A model generated the notes under the pieces. The model saw only the letters and a program-made list of their open reading frames with translations, made no database searches and was not told the DNA's origin. A stretch of 64,000 nt of DNA from an uncultured Gammaproteobacteria bacterium (GTDB lineage: Bacteria; Pseudomonadota; Gammaproteobacteria; Steroidobacterales; Rariloculaceae): assembly GCA_963841645.1 (NCBI GenBank), contig CAWJDS010000008.1, forward strand, positions 283,954 through 347,953, read 5' to 3'. A program made the translations under genes and the position numbers. The stretch's first letter is position 1. Each line of letters starts with the position of its first letter. This document shows positions 10,236 to 21,304 of this stretch, in pieces.

Positions 10236-10558
10236 TCAGCTCCGTGCGTCGCTCGAGCCGCAGCGCCAGCACGCGGCGAACTGCTGCTCGTTCATCTCGT
10301 CACATTGTGCGCAGCGCCAAGGCTGCGCGCCGGCTTCGACCGACGGCCGCAGCGCGTCGCGGATCACGGCCTCGGCTCGCGGCGCGTCCGCGTCGCGCGA
10401 ACACCCAGAGCTCGGGAGAGACGTCGAATACCGGCAGCTCGCCGACCGCCGACGCCGAGATACGCGTGCTTGATGAAGCTGCCGATGCCCGCCTGCTCGA
10501 GCAAGTTTTTCAGGTGAGTCGTGTCGGCGAGATTGATGCCGCTGAAGACGCGCTTCAT
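10236..10558 (-). CDS. DUF2007-like small protein with C-terminal zinc-ribbon, reading frame interrupted
   Basis: MKRVFSGINLADTTHLKNLLEQAGIGSFIK (frame 1), ELPVFDVSPELWVFA (frame 2), EAVIRDALRP...PWRCAQCDEMNEQQFAACWRCGS (frame 3). Shifts near 10455 and 10400. Confidence 0.45.
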
Positions 10559-10629
10559 CGCCGCACCGGGAGCCCCGGGATCGTAGACCCCAGGATCGTC
10601 GACCAACGGATCGTCCCTGATCGCATCGT

Positions 10630-11439
10630 TCAGCCGCGCAACGAGCGGAGGAACCTCGCGGGATCCTCGCGTCGCTCGAGCACTTCCACGAGCGCGGACC
10701 CTACGATGACGCCGTCCGCGTGACGGGCGATGGTCGCGACTTGGTCCGGGCGGCGCACGCCGAAACCCGCGCATACCGGCAGTTGCGACGCGGCCTTTAC
10801 AGCCGCGAGGTACTGCGCCGTCTCCGCCGGCAGCGTCGATTCGCCGCCCGTGATTCCGGTGCGCGTCACGGCGTACACGAACCCCTGGCTCGCGGCGCAA
10901 AGCGTGCGCAAGCGCTCCGCCGGCGTCGCGGGCGTCACGAGCTGCACGAGCGCAAGCCCGCGGGTGTCGAGTGCCGCGCGCAGCGGCGCGCTTTCTTCGT
11001 ACGGCAGGTCCGGCACGATCACGCCGCTCACGCCGACGTCCGCTGCGCGCGCCACGAGCGCGTCATACCCGGACGCCGAATCGCCTCCGAACGCGAGTAG
11101 CGGGTTCAGATAGCTCATCAGGAGCACGGGCGCGGCGAGCTCGTAGTCGCGCCGCGCAAGCTGGTCGAGGATCCACTTGAGGCTCACGCCGCGCTCGATC
11201 GCGTGCTGGCTCGAGCGCTGGATCGTCACGCCGTCGGCCATCGGATCGCTGAACGGCACGCCGATCTCGACCGCGTCCGCCGCGCCCGCGACCGCGCGAA
11301 GAACGTTCAGGAACTCGCTCGGCTCGGGGTAGCCCGCGGTGATGAACGCGACGAGCGCAGGCTTGTCCTTCGCGGCCGACCCGTTGTCTGCAGACGGTCC
11401 GCGTGCGAGGGCGGCGCGGAGCTTGTCACGCGGCAGCAT
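10630..11439 (-). CDS. trpA: tryptophan synthase alpha chain
   Basis: Intact. ALVAFITAGYP, EIGVPFSDPMADGVTIQ, GVSGVIVPDLP, GFVYAVTRTGITG and GFGV match TrpA. The start at 11439 overlaps the trpB 3' end. Confidence 0.92.
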   Translation of the reverse strand: MLPRDKLRAALARGPSADNGSAAKDKPALVAFITAGYPEPSEFLNVLRAVAGAADAVEIGVPFSDPMADGVTIQRSSQHAIERGVSLKWILDQLARRDYELAAPVLLMSYLNPLLAFGGDSASGYDALVARAADVGVSGVIVPDLPYEESAPLRAALDTRGLALVQLVTPATPAERLRTLCAASQGFVYAVTRTGITGGESTLPAETAQYLAAVKAASQLPVCAGFGVRRPDQVATIARHADGVIVGSALVEVLERREDPARFLRSLRG

Positions 11440-12688
11440 GGCGCCGCACCTCCGCAGTGTCGCTCGCGTATTGCGCGAGGATCGGCATGTCCTTGTCACC
11501 GCGGCCCGAGAGGCCGATCAGGATCCGCTTGCCGCGATTCGCAGCGGCCCAGCGCTTCGCGCCCGCGAGCGCGTGCGAGCTCTCGAGCGCGGGCAGGATG
11601 CCCTCCGCCGCACAGCATTCGCCGAGCGCCGCGAGCGCCTCGTCGTCGGTCGCGGTCACATACTCGACGCGCCCGATCGACTGCAGGAGCGCGTGCTCCG
11701 GTCCGACGCCCGGGTAGTCGAGGCCGGCCGACATCGAGTGCGTCTCCTGAATCTGGCCGTTCGCGTCGTAGAGCAGCATCGTGTGCGTGCCGTGCAGCAC
11801 GCCGGGTTTGCCGTGGCTCAGCGTAGCCGAATGCTCGCCGAGCGCGGAGCCGCGGCCGCCGGCCTCGACGCCGATAGAGCGCGACGCCGCGATCGGCCAA
11901 GAAGCCATGGAACAGACCGATCGCGTTGCTGCCGCCGCCGACGCACGCGAACGCCGCATCCGGCAAGGCCGCCCTGCCTCGAGCAGTTGCGCGCGCGCCT
12001 CGCGGCCGATCACGGCCTGCAGGTCGCGCACGAGCACCGGATACGGGTGCGGGCCGATCGCGGAGCCGAGCATGTAATACGTACCGACGGGATCCGACAC
12101 CCAGTCGCGAATCGCGTCGTCGATCGCCGCACGCAGCGTGCGATCTCCGGATTTCACGGCGACGACCGTCGCGCCGAAGCGCCGCATCCGGTCGACGTTC
12201 GGCGCCTGGCGCGCGACGTCGATCTCGCCCATGTACACCGTGCACGGCAGGCCGACGCGCGCGCACGCGGCCGCCGACGCAACGCCGTGCTGACCCGCAC
12301 CGGTCTCGGCGACGACGCGCTTCGCGCCGAGCGCCTTCGCGAGCAGCGCCTGGCCGATGCCGTTGTTGATCTTGTGCGCGCCGGTGTGAGCGAGGTCCTC
12401 GCGTTTGAGCCAAACCTCGGCGCCCCAGCTCTTCGACAGCGTGCGCGCGTGAGTCAGCGCCGTCGGCCGGCCGACCCAGGACGTGAGCTCGCGCTTTAGC
12501 TCGCGCTGGAATTCCGGCGACGGAAGAATGTTCGCGACGCCGTGCTCGAGCCGCGCGAGCGCGGGCATCAGCGTCTCGGGCACGTACCGGCCGCCGAACG
12601 GCCCGAAGCGGCCGTTGCGGTCCGGCAGACGCCGCTCGAGCAGCGCTGCGAGCAGCGACTCTCGTTCTTTCGGGTCGGCAATGATCAT
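11426..12688 (-). CDS. trpB: tryptophan synthase beta chain (about 98 nt internal segment out of frame)
   Basis: GGAGGAAAG sits before ATG 12688. GRFGPFGGRYVPETL, LAHTGAHKINN and ETGAGQHG are present. The expected LPDAAFACVGGGSNAIGLFHGF is only readable in another frame between ~11972 and ~11875, a compensated indel pair. Confidence 0.92.
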   Translation of the reverse strand: MIIADPKERESLLAALLERRLPDRNGRFGPFGGRYVPETLMPALARLEHGVANILPSPEFQRELKRELTSWVGRPTALTHARTLSKSWGAEVWLKREDLAHTGAHKINNGIGQALLAKALGAKRVVAETGAGQHGVASAAACARVGLPCTVYMGEIDVARQAPNVDRMRRFGATVVAVKSGDRTLRAAIDDAIRDWVSDPVGTYYMLGSAIGPHPYPVLVRDLQAVIGREARAQLLEAGRPCRMRRSRASAAAATRSVCSMASWPIAASRSIGVEAGGRGSALGEHSATLSHGKPGVLHGTHTMLLYDANGQIQETHSMSAGLDYPGVGPEHALLQSIGRVEYVTATDDEALAALGECCAAEGILPALESSHALAGAKRWAAANRGKRILIGLSGRGDKDMPILAQYASDTAEVRRHAAA

Positions 12689-13279
12689 CGACTTTCCTCC
12701 ATCGCGCGCACGCGCGCGACGAACTCCCTTATTTTGACGGGGTCCTTCTTGCCGCGGGGGCGCTCTACGCCACTCGAGACGTCGACACCCCACGGCCGCA
12801 CGGCCCGGATCGCGTCCGCGACGTTGGCCGGGTCGAGCCCGCCGGCGAGGATCAGCTCGCGACCGCGCGCCAGCTCGCGCGCCTCGTTCCAGTCGGCGAG
12901 CACGCCACTACCGCCTACGGCGCCTTCGAACAGGACACGGCTCGGCGCAGTCTCCGTGTGCATGCGAGCCGCCGCTGCGCAACACCGGTAGCGCGGCGCA
13001 GCTCGGCGGCAGCTCGATCGCCGCGAAGTCGACGGCATCCGTCTGCAGCCAGTCCGGCGCGAACACGTTGAGCACGTCTGAGACCAGCGCCGCCGAGGGG
13101 TGCCGCATGACCGCGACTCGCATGACGCTCGCCGGCACGGTCGCGCAGAGCTCGGCCGCGCGCTCGGGCGTGACCTCGCGCGGCGACGGCGCGAACACGA
13201 ACCCGACCGCGTCCGCGCCTGCCGCCACCGCCGCCTCGACGGCGTCGAGACTAGTGAGACCGCAGATTTTCACGAACAT
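12685..13279 (-). CDS. trpF: phosphoribosylanthranilate isomerase, reading frame interrupted (~12975)
   Basis: MFVKICGLT..AGADAVGFVFAPSPR in the N-part, then ILAGGLDPANVADAIRAVRPWGVDVSSGVE in a second frame. ATGA overlap with trpB. Confidence 0.85.
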
Positions 13280-13281
13280 CG

Positions 13282-14158
13282 TCAGCGCTCCGCTCGCGCA
13301 AGTGCGCTCGGTTTCGCGGCGGCCGCCGCGCGGCCCGTCGCGATCAGCGCCGCGAGCGTCGCGGCCGGATCTGCCGCGCGCATCAGCGACGAACCGACGA
13401 GCGCGAGGCGGTAGCCGAGCCGCGCGACTTCCGCGACGTTGTCCACGGTCGCGATGCCGCTTTCGGCGACCGTCGGCAAGTGCTTCGGCAGGTACGGCGC
13501 GAGCTCGGCGAAGCGTGCGAAGCGCACGTCGAGGTCGCGCAGGTCGCGGCAGTTCACGCCCGCGACAATTGGCGCCGCGTCGCCCGCGGTGACCGGCCTG
13601 TCATAGGGCGCGAGTCGCTCGAGATCCGCGCGGTCGAACGCCTCGAGCAGCACGAATAGGCCGCATTCGCGCGCGCTGTCGACGAGCGCGCGCACCGTCG
13701 CGTCGTCGAGCATCGTGACGATTACGAGGATGCCGCCCGCGCCCGCCGCGCGCGCCTCGAGCACCTGGTACGGATCGGTCACGAAATCCTTGCGCATCGC
13801 GGGAATCTTGGCCGCCTTCAAACGCGCGGCGGCGTCCTCGAGATGCGCGAGCTCACCCTTGAACTCGGTCGGCTCGGTGAGCACCGACACCGCGGCCGCG
13901 CCGCCGCGCGCGTACGCGGCGAGCTGCGCGGTCTGGTCGAAGGTGCCGTCAGTTAGGCCGCCGGCCGCGGGCGAGCGAAGCTTGAGCTCCGCGATCACGT
14001 CGAAGCGGTCGAGCTTCAAAGCGGGCGCGCGGGCGGCGCGCTCGCGCGCGGCGCGCGAGCTTCGCGTCGCTCTCGGCCGCACGCGCGCGCGCGACACGCT
14101 CGCGGCTCGCAGCGGCCATTCGTTCGAGGAACGTCGAAGCAGTGCGCTGCGTGCTCAC
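13282..14158 (-). CDS. trpC: indole-3-glycerol phosphate synthase, reading frame interrupted (~14040)
   Basis: IAELKLRSP, SVLTEPTEFKG, IPAMRKDF, NCRDL and ESGI motifs. The N-terminal ~35 aa (STQRTASTFLERMAAASRERV) are in another frame. GTG 14158 overlaps the trpD stop (GTGA); ATG about 14117 is an alternative start. Confidence 0.87.
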
Positions 14159-15188
14159 TTCGCGTGCTCCCGGCCGAACGCGACGACGCGCGCCACGAGG
14201 TCGCGCCCCGCTCCGCTCGCGAGCGCTTCGCGCGCGCGCGCGACGCCCGCGTGCGCGTCGAGCACGTGGCCCGTGACCTCGAGCGCGAGCGCCGCGCCCA
14301 AGATCAGCGCGTTGCGATGCGCTGCCGTGTCGCCGCCCTCGAGCGCTGCGCGCAGTCGCGACGCGTTCGTCGCGGCGTCGCCGCCGCGCAGGTCTTCGAG
14401 CGAGCACTCGGGCAAGCCCGTAGTCGCGCGAGTCGCGAAGCTCGCGCTCGATCGACCCGGGCCGCACGTCGTAGCAGATGAACGGGCCCGCGGGCGTCGC
14501 CTCGTCCCAGCCCGAGTGGCCGTGAATCACGAGCACGCGGCCGATGCTCATTCCGGCGAGCGTCTCGGCCATCAGCGCCGCGACTTCGATCGCTGAACGC
14601 GCCGATCACGTGGTAGGGCGGCGCCGCCGGGTTCACGAGCGGCCCCAGGATGTTGAACACGGTGCGCACGCCGAGCGCCTGGCGAACGGGCGCGATGTGC
14701 TTCATCGCTGGGTGATAGTGCGGCGCGAACAGGAACGTGAAACCGACGCGCGCGAGGCACTCGCCGGCGGCGCGCTCGTCGAGCGGGATCGGCAGGCCGA
14801 GCGCGCCGAGCACGTCGGCGCTGCCGCAGCGGCTCGAGACCGAGCGGTTGCCGTGCTTCACGACCGGCACGCCGCACGCGGCCGCGAGCAGCGCGCTGCC
14901 GGTCGAGAGATTGAGGCTGTGCGAGCCGTCGCCGCCGGTGCCCACGATGTCGACGTACGGACCCGGCGCGATGTTCGGCTTCAGCGCGAGCTCGCGCATC
15001 CCGCGCGCGAAGCCGCGGATCTCCGCGGCCGTCTCGCCCTTCGCACGCAGCGCCACGAGCAGCGCGCCCGCGAGAGCCGGCGGCAGCTCGCCGGTGCCCA
15101 TCGTCGTGACGAGCGCGGCCGCGGTCGGCTCGTCGAGGCTCTCGCCCGCGAGCACGCGCTCGAGCAGTTGCGTGGGGCTAGCGCTCAT
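14155..15188 (-). CDS. trpD: anthranilate phosphoribosyltransferase, reading frame interrupted (~14590, ~14410)
   Basis: LRAKGET..EI.GF, DIVGTGGDGSHSLNLST, VVKHGNRSVSS and NILGPLVNPA, then MAETLAGMSIGRVLVIHG and a C-terminal ALILGAALAL in two further frames. Confidence 0.87.
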
Positions 15189-15232
15189 CTGCGGCTTCGC
15201 AAGGGTTGAGTGGGTGCTTCATCGGCCGAAGG

Positions 15233-15801
<569 letters not shown>

Positions 15802-15805
<4 letters not shown>

Positions 15806-17190
15806 AGACCCTCCTTCGCGAGCTCGAGCGCCCGCCGCAAGATCGCGCTCTTCGCGAGCACTTCCTGGTATTCCGTCTCGGGCACGCTGTCCGCGACGAT
15901 GCCGCCGCCTGCCTGGAAGCTGTACTCGTCGCCGTCGAACACCATCGTGCGGATCGTGATCGCTTGATCCATGTTGCCGTTCTTCGCGAAGTAGCCGACC
16001 GTGCCGCCGTAGAGGCCTCTCGCAGTAGGCTCGAGCTCGGCAATGAGCTGCATCGCGCGCACCTTCGGCGCGCCGACGAGCGTGCCGGCCGGGAACGCGG
16101 CCGCGAACAGATCGAACGCGTCCTTGTCCGGCGCGACCAGCCCCTGCACGCCGCTCACGATGTGCATCACGTGGCTATAGCGCTCGATCTTGCGGTACGG
16201 ATCGACGTGCACCGAGCCCGAGGCTCGCGACGCGGCCCAGGTCGTTGCGCGCGAGGTCGACGAGCATCACGTGCTCGGCGTTCTCCTTCGGATCCGCGAG
16301 CAGCTCGGTCTCGAGCGCCGCGTCGTGCTCGGGCGTCGAGCCCGCGCGGCCGTGTGCCCGCGATCGGGCGGAGGCTCGCGGTGCGGCCCGACAGCCGCAC
16401 GAGCGCCTCGGGCGAGGAGCCCGCGACTCGGAGCGCGCCGAGCTCGAGGTAATACATGTAGGGCGAAGGATTCAGCAGGCGCAAGCCGCGGTAGACCTGG
16501 AACGGATCGAGGTCGGTGCGGCCCGAGAAGCGCACCGACAGCACGATCTGATAGATGTCGCCGGCTTTGATATGCGCCTTGCCCTTCTGCACCGCCGCGC
16601 TGTGCTCTTCCTGCGTCATGCTCGCGGCGGCGGCTCCGAACTTAGTGCCGCGCTGCGCCGCGTCGAGGCCGCCGCGCAGCGCGTTGACGACGGACGCGCG
16701 CAACGCTTGTCGATCGCGTTCCGAGCCGGAGTGCAGCAGGGCGACGCGGCGCGTGAGGTGATCGAACACGAGCAGCGACTCGGGCGCGACGTAGACCGCT
16801 TGCGGCAGGCCGTTGAGCTCGGCGTGATTCGGCGGCAGCCGCTCGAAGAACCGGACCACGTCGTAGCCCGTCGTGCCGACGAGGCCGCCGTCGAACGGAA
16901 TGTCTTCGATCTGCGGCTTCAGCAGCGGCGCCCGCTCGAGCGCGCGGCGCATCATCGCGAGCCACTCGGCCACGCTCTCGGGGCGCTTCTCGCGTCTTGC
17001 CGCCGATCTTCAAACGATCGGGATAGAGCTCTAGCGTGAACGCTTCACCGAGGCCGATGAACGAGTAGCGCGCGAGGCGCTCGCCGCTCTCGACGCTCTC
17101 GAGCAGGAAGCGCGGCTTGAATGGCCCGAGCTTCATGTACGCCGATACCGGGGTATCGAGATCGGCCGCGATGTCGAACGGTGACTCCAT
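15802..17190 (-). CDS. trpE: anthranilate synthase component I, reading frame interrupted (~16980, ~16335, ~16218)
   Basis: N-part LLESVE..RYSFIG; middle part [30 protein letters not shown]; then [19 protein letters not shown]; C-part [42 protein letters not shown]. The shift at 16218 corresponds to an extra G in a GGG run. Confidence 0.9.
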
Positions 17191-17290
17191 GACTGGCCTG
17201 CCTTGTTCCTCTGGTTAGCGACGGTCTTCTTCGGTGGTTGCAGGAGCCGGTACTGCGCTGTCTACTACCTGCATTTCTCGGCCCCTAGAA

Positions 17291-17327
17291 ACGAAAAACC
17301 CATCTTCGGGCTCGCGAAGATGGGTCT
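17291..17327 (-). terminator. rho-independent terminator acting as trp attenuator
   Basis: Minus strand reads ACCCATCTTCG-cgagcc-CGAAGATGGGT followed by TTTTCGTTTC. It lies about 100 nt upstream of the trpE ATG and about 30 nt downstream of the leader ORF stop. Confidence 0.65.
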
Positions 17328-17355
17328 GCATGGGTCGAGACGGACTGAACTGTCT

Positions 17356-17436
17356 TTACGCGCGCACTACCCGCTCCGCTGTGGATCCTCGCCACCAGCG
17401 GTGATTGTAGGCACGATGCGGTCCCGGTCCGGTCAT
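17356..17436 (-). CDS. trpL: trp operon leader peptide (26 aa, tandem Trp codons)
   Basis: Minus-strand ORF MTGPGPHRAYNHRWWRGSTAERVVRA with TGG TGG at 17397-17392. The RWWRGS context resembles the enteric TrpL GWWRTS. It sits between a promoter-like element and the terminator hairpin. No SD is present, so a leaderless mRNA is possible. Confidence 0.55.
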   Translation of the reverse strand: MTGPGPHRAYNHRWWRGSTAERVVRA

Positions 17437-17445
17437 AGGGGCGAA

Positions 17446-17475
17446 AGTATTGCCGCGTGGAGTGGCGGCGGTCAA
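17446..17475 (-). promoter_or_regulatory. candidate sigma70-type promoter of the trp operon (TTGACC-N18-AATACT)
   Basis: Minus strand has TTGACC (17475-17470), an 18-nt spacer and AATACT (17451-17446). The -10 element ends 9 nt before the leader ATG, implying a near-leaderless transcript. Pattern match only. Confidence 0.3.
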
Positions 17476-17478
17476 GCG

Positions 17479-19293
<1,815 letters not shown>

Positions 19294-19486
19294 TCTGTGC
19301 GGCAGTTGCGCGCGCGCAAGTCGCGCGCGATAGTCGCGCGTCGAACGGAAAACCGCCTGAATGAAGCCCCGCAAACCGAAAGCCCCTCGAACGAGACCCG
19401 TCGCGGCGAAGGCCGTCCGCGTGAGATCCGGCCGCGGGAACGACAGGGGAGCGAAGTCGGTCGGAGCGCAGTCCGCGACCGCGCCG

Positions 19487-20456
19487 ATGGACCGAAAGGT
19501 CCTGGCTGGTCCGATCCCGGCATTCAGAGCCACGTGCGCTGGCGCGACGGCGACATCGTCGTCTCGGTGCCGGTCAAGAGCGGCACGACCTGGACGATGA
19601 ACATCGTCCATCAGCTCCGCACGGGCGGAGATCCCGATTTCGTCGACATCTACGCCGAGGTGCCGTGGCTCGAGTTCGTGCCGTCGCCCGAGGTGACGCG
19701 CGAGCAGCGGCTCGCGCAGTTCGCCGCGCTGCCGCGCACGCGCCGCCGCGCGTTCAAGACGCACTCGGCGCCGGAGCTGCTGCCGTATCAGAAACCCGGC
19801 CCGGACGCAAGGACGTGCGCTACGTCGTCGTCGCGCGCAACCCAGACGAGGCGCTCGCGTCGATGCACCCGTTCATCCACGCGCACTCGGATGCGTGGTT
19901 CGACCTCTGGAAGCTGCCGCGCGAGGCGTTCTGCCGGCCCGACTTCGCGAGCTTCTACCACGAGGTCGCGAAGGCGATGTTCCCGCGGATGTTGTTCGGC
20001 TTCGTCGCCGGCGTGGTGGCCGCTGCGGCACGCCGACAACGTGCTGCTGCTTGCACTTCTCGGACATGAAGGCCGATCACGAGGGCTCGGTGCGCAAGAT
20101 CGCGCGCTTCCTGGGCTTCCGGCCGACGGCGAAGCAGTGGCCGAAGATCCTCGAGTACACGTCGTTCGCTTGGATGAAGGCGCACGAGGACAAGTTCGAG
20201 CTGCGCACGGTCGCGCCGGTGCCGGTCCTCGACTCGGGCGCGATGATGCGCAAAGGCCGGGTCGGAGCGGCGAAGCGACGACGGCGTGACGCGCGAGATC
20301 TCGGCGGACGTCGCGCGGATCGGCCGCGAGATTCTGAAGGACGACGCGGCGCTCGAGTGGTTTTACGGCGGCGGCGCGCTGCCGCGCGCGGTCAAGCCGC
20401 GCATGGCCAAGCGCCGAACGGCGAAGCCGCGAGCGAAGCGCCTCAGTCGAGCTTGA
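19487..20456 (+). CDS. sulfotransferase-domain protein, reading frame interrupted (~19505, ~19805, ~20030, ~20280)
   Basis: 5'-PSB-like VPVKSGTTW, FKTHS, 3'-PB-like YVVVARNPDEALAS, LLLHFSDMKAD and KIARFLGF are spread over four frames. The start is uncertain; ATG 19361 is an alternative. Confidence 0.65.
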
Positions 20457-20504
20457 GCGCGGCGAGGCGCGCGTTGTCGCGCGGCGGCGTCGTGAAGTTG
20501 GCCG

Positions 20505-21119
20505 TCAACCCACCGCGAGCCAGATCCCGACCACCACCATGAGCGCTCCCGCGATGTGGTTGAGCCAGCGTGCCTTCCCGCGTCGATGCAGTTGCTCGCT
20601 GAGCGCGCGCCCGCCGTGCGCGTAGATCTGCATGCACACGAGTTCGATGATCAGCATCACGGCAAGCAGAGCGAGCAGTTGCGGCGCCAGCGGACGAGTC
20701 TTGTCGACGAACGGCGGCAACAGCGCGACGAAGAAAGCCCAGGCCTTCGGATTGGCGACGGCGGTGACGAAGCCCTGCGCGATCAGAGAGGCGCGCGTGC
20801 GATGCGTGTCACCGGCGAGCTGTTCGGGCCGCAGCGGCTCGGCTCGCCAAGTTTGCCAGCCCATGTAGAGGAGGTAGGCGGCGCCGATCCACTTGAAGAC
20901 GGCGAAGACCGTGGGCGCGTTGAGCAAGAGTGCAGCGACACCGAGCACCGCCGCGACGCCGACCAATGCGATGCCGGCAAGCTCGCCCAACATCATCCAG
21001 AGCGCGCGCCGCGCGCCGATGCTGATACCGAGCGACATCGCGAGCGTCATGCAGAGCCCCGGCGAGAGCGAGACGAAGAAGAAGCTGGCGCCGAAGGCGA
21101 TGAGGAGGGAGAGGTTCAT
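20505..21119 (-). CDS. LysE/RhtB-family amino-acid exporter
   Basis: Intact 204 aa. N-terminal FFFVSLSPGL.M and six hydrophobic segments are typical of the LysE family. Confidence 0.85.
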   Translation of the reverse strand: MNLSLLIAFGASFFFVSLSPGLCMTLAMSLGISIGARRALWMMLGELAGIALVGVAAVLGVAALLLNAPTVFAVFKWIGAAYLLYMGWQTWRAEPLRPEQLAGDTHRTRASLIAQGFVTAVANPKAWAFFVALLPPFVDKTRPLAPQLLALLAVMLIIELVCMQIYAHGGRALSEQLHRRGKARWLNHIAGALMVVVGIWLAVG

Positions 21120-21304
21120 ACGGACGGGGCCGACGTGCCGGTCGCGCGCCGGATATTACCAAAATCGGCACGGGACTCGCACATCGGGAGCCCGGAGTCG
21201 AGGGCGGCGGCCGCGATCGCGGCCGAATCTGGGGGATGCCTTTCCCTGCGCTACAATTCCGCTCGACGACGCTCTTCGCGCACCTCGGGGGCCCCTCGGC
21301 CTAG

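Noticed and set aside
17203-17478. A 92-codon N-terminal extension of the ABC transporter ORF
   Set aside because: The extension has no TM or ABC features. It overlaps the trp leader, attenuator and promoter on the opposite strand. ATG 17479 gives a normal-length exporter.
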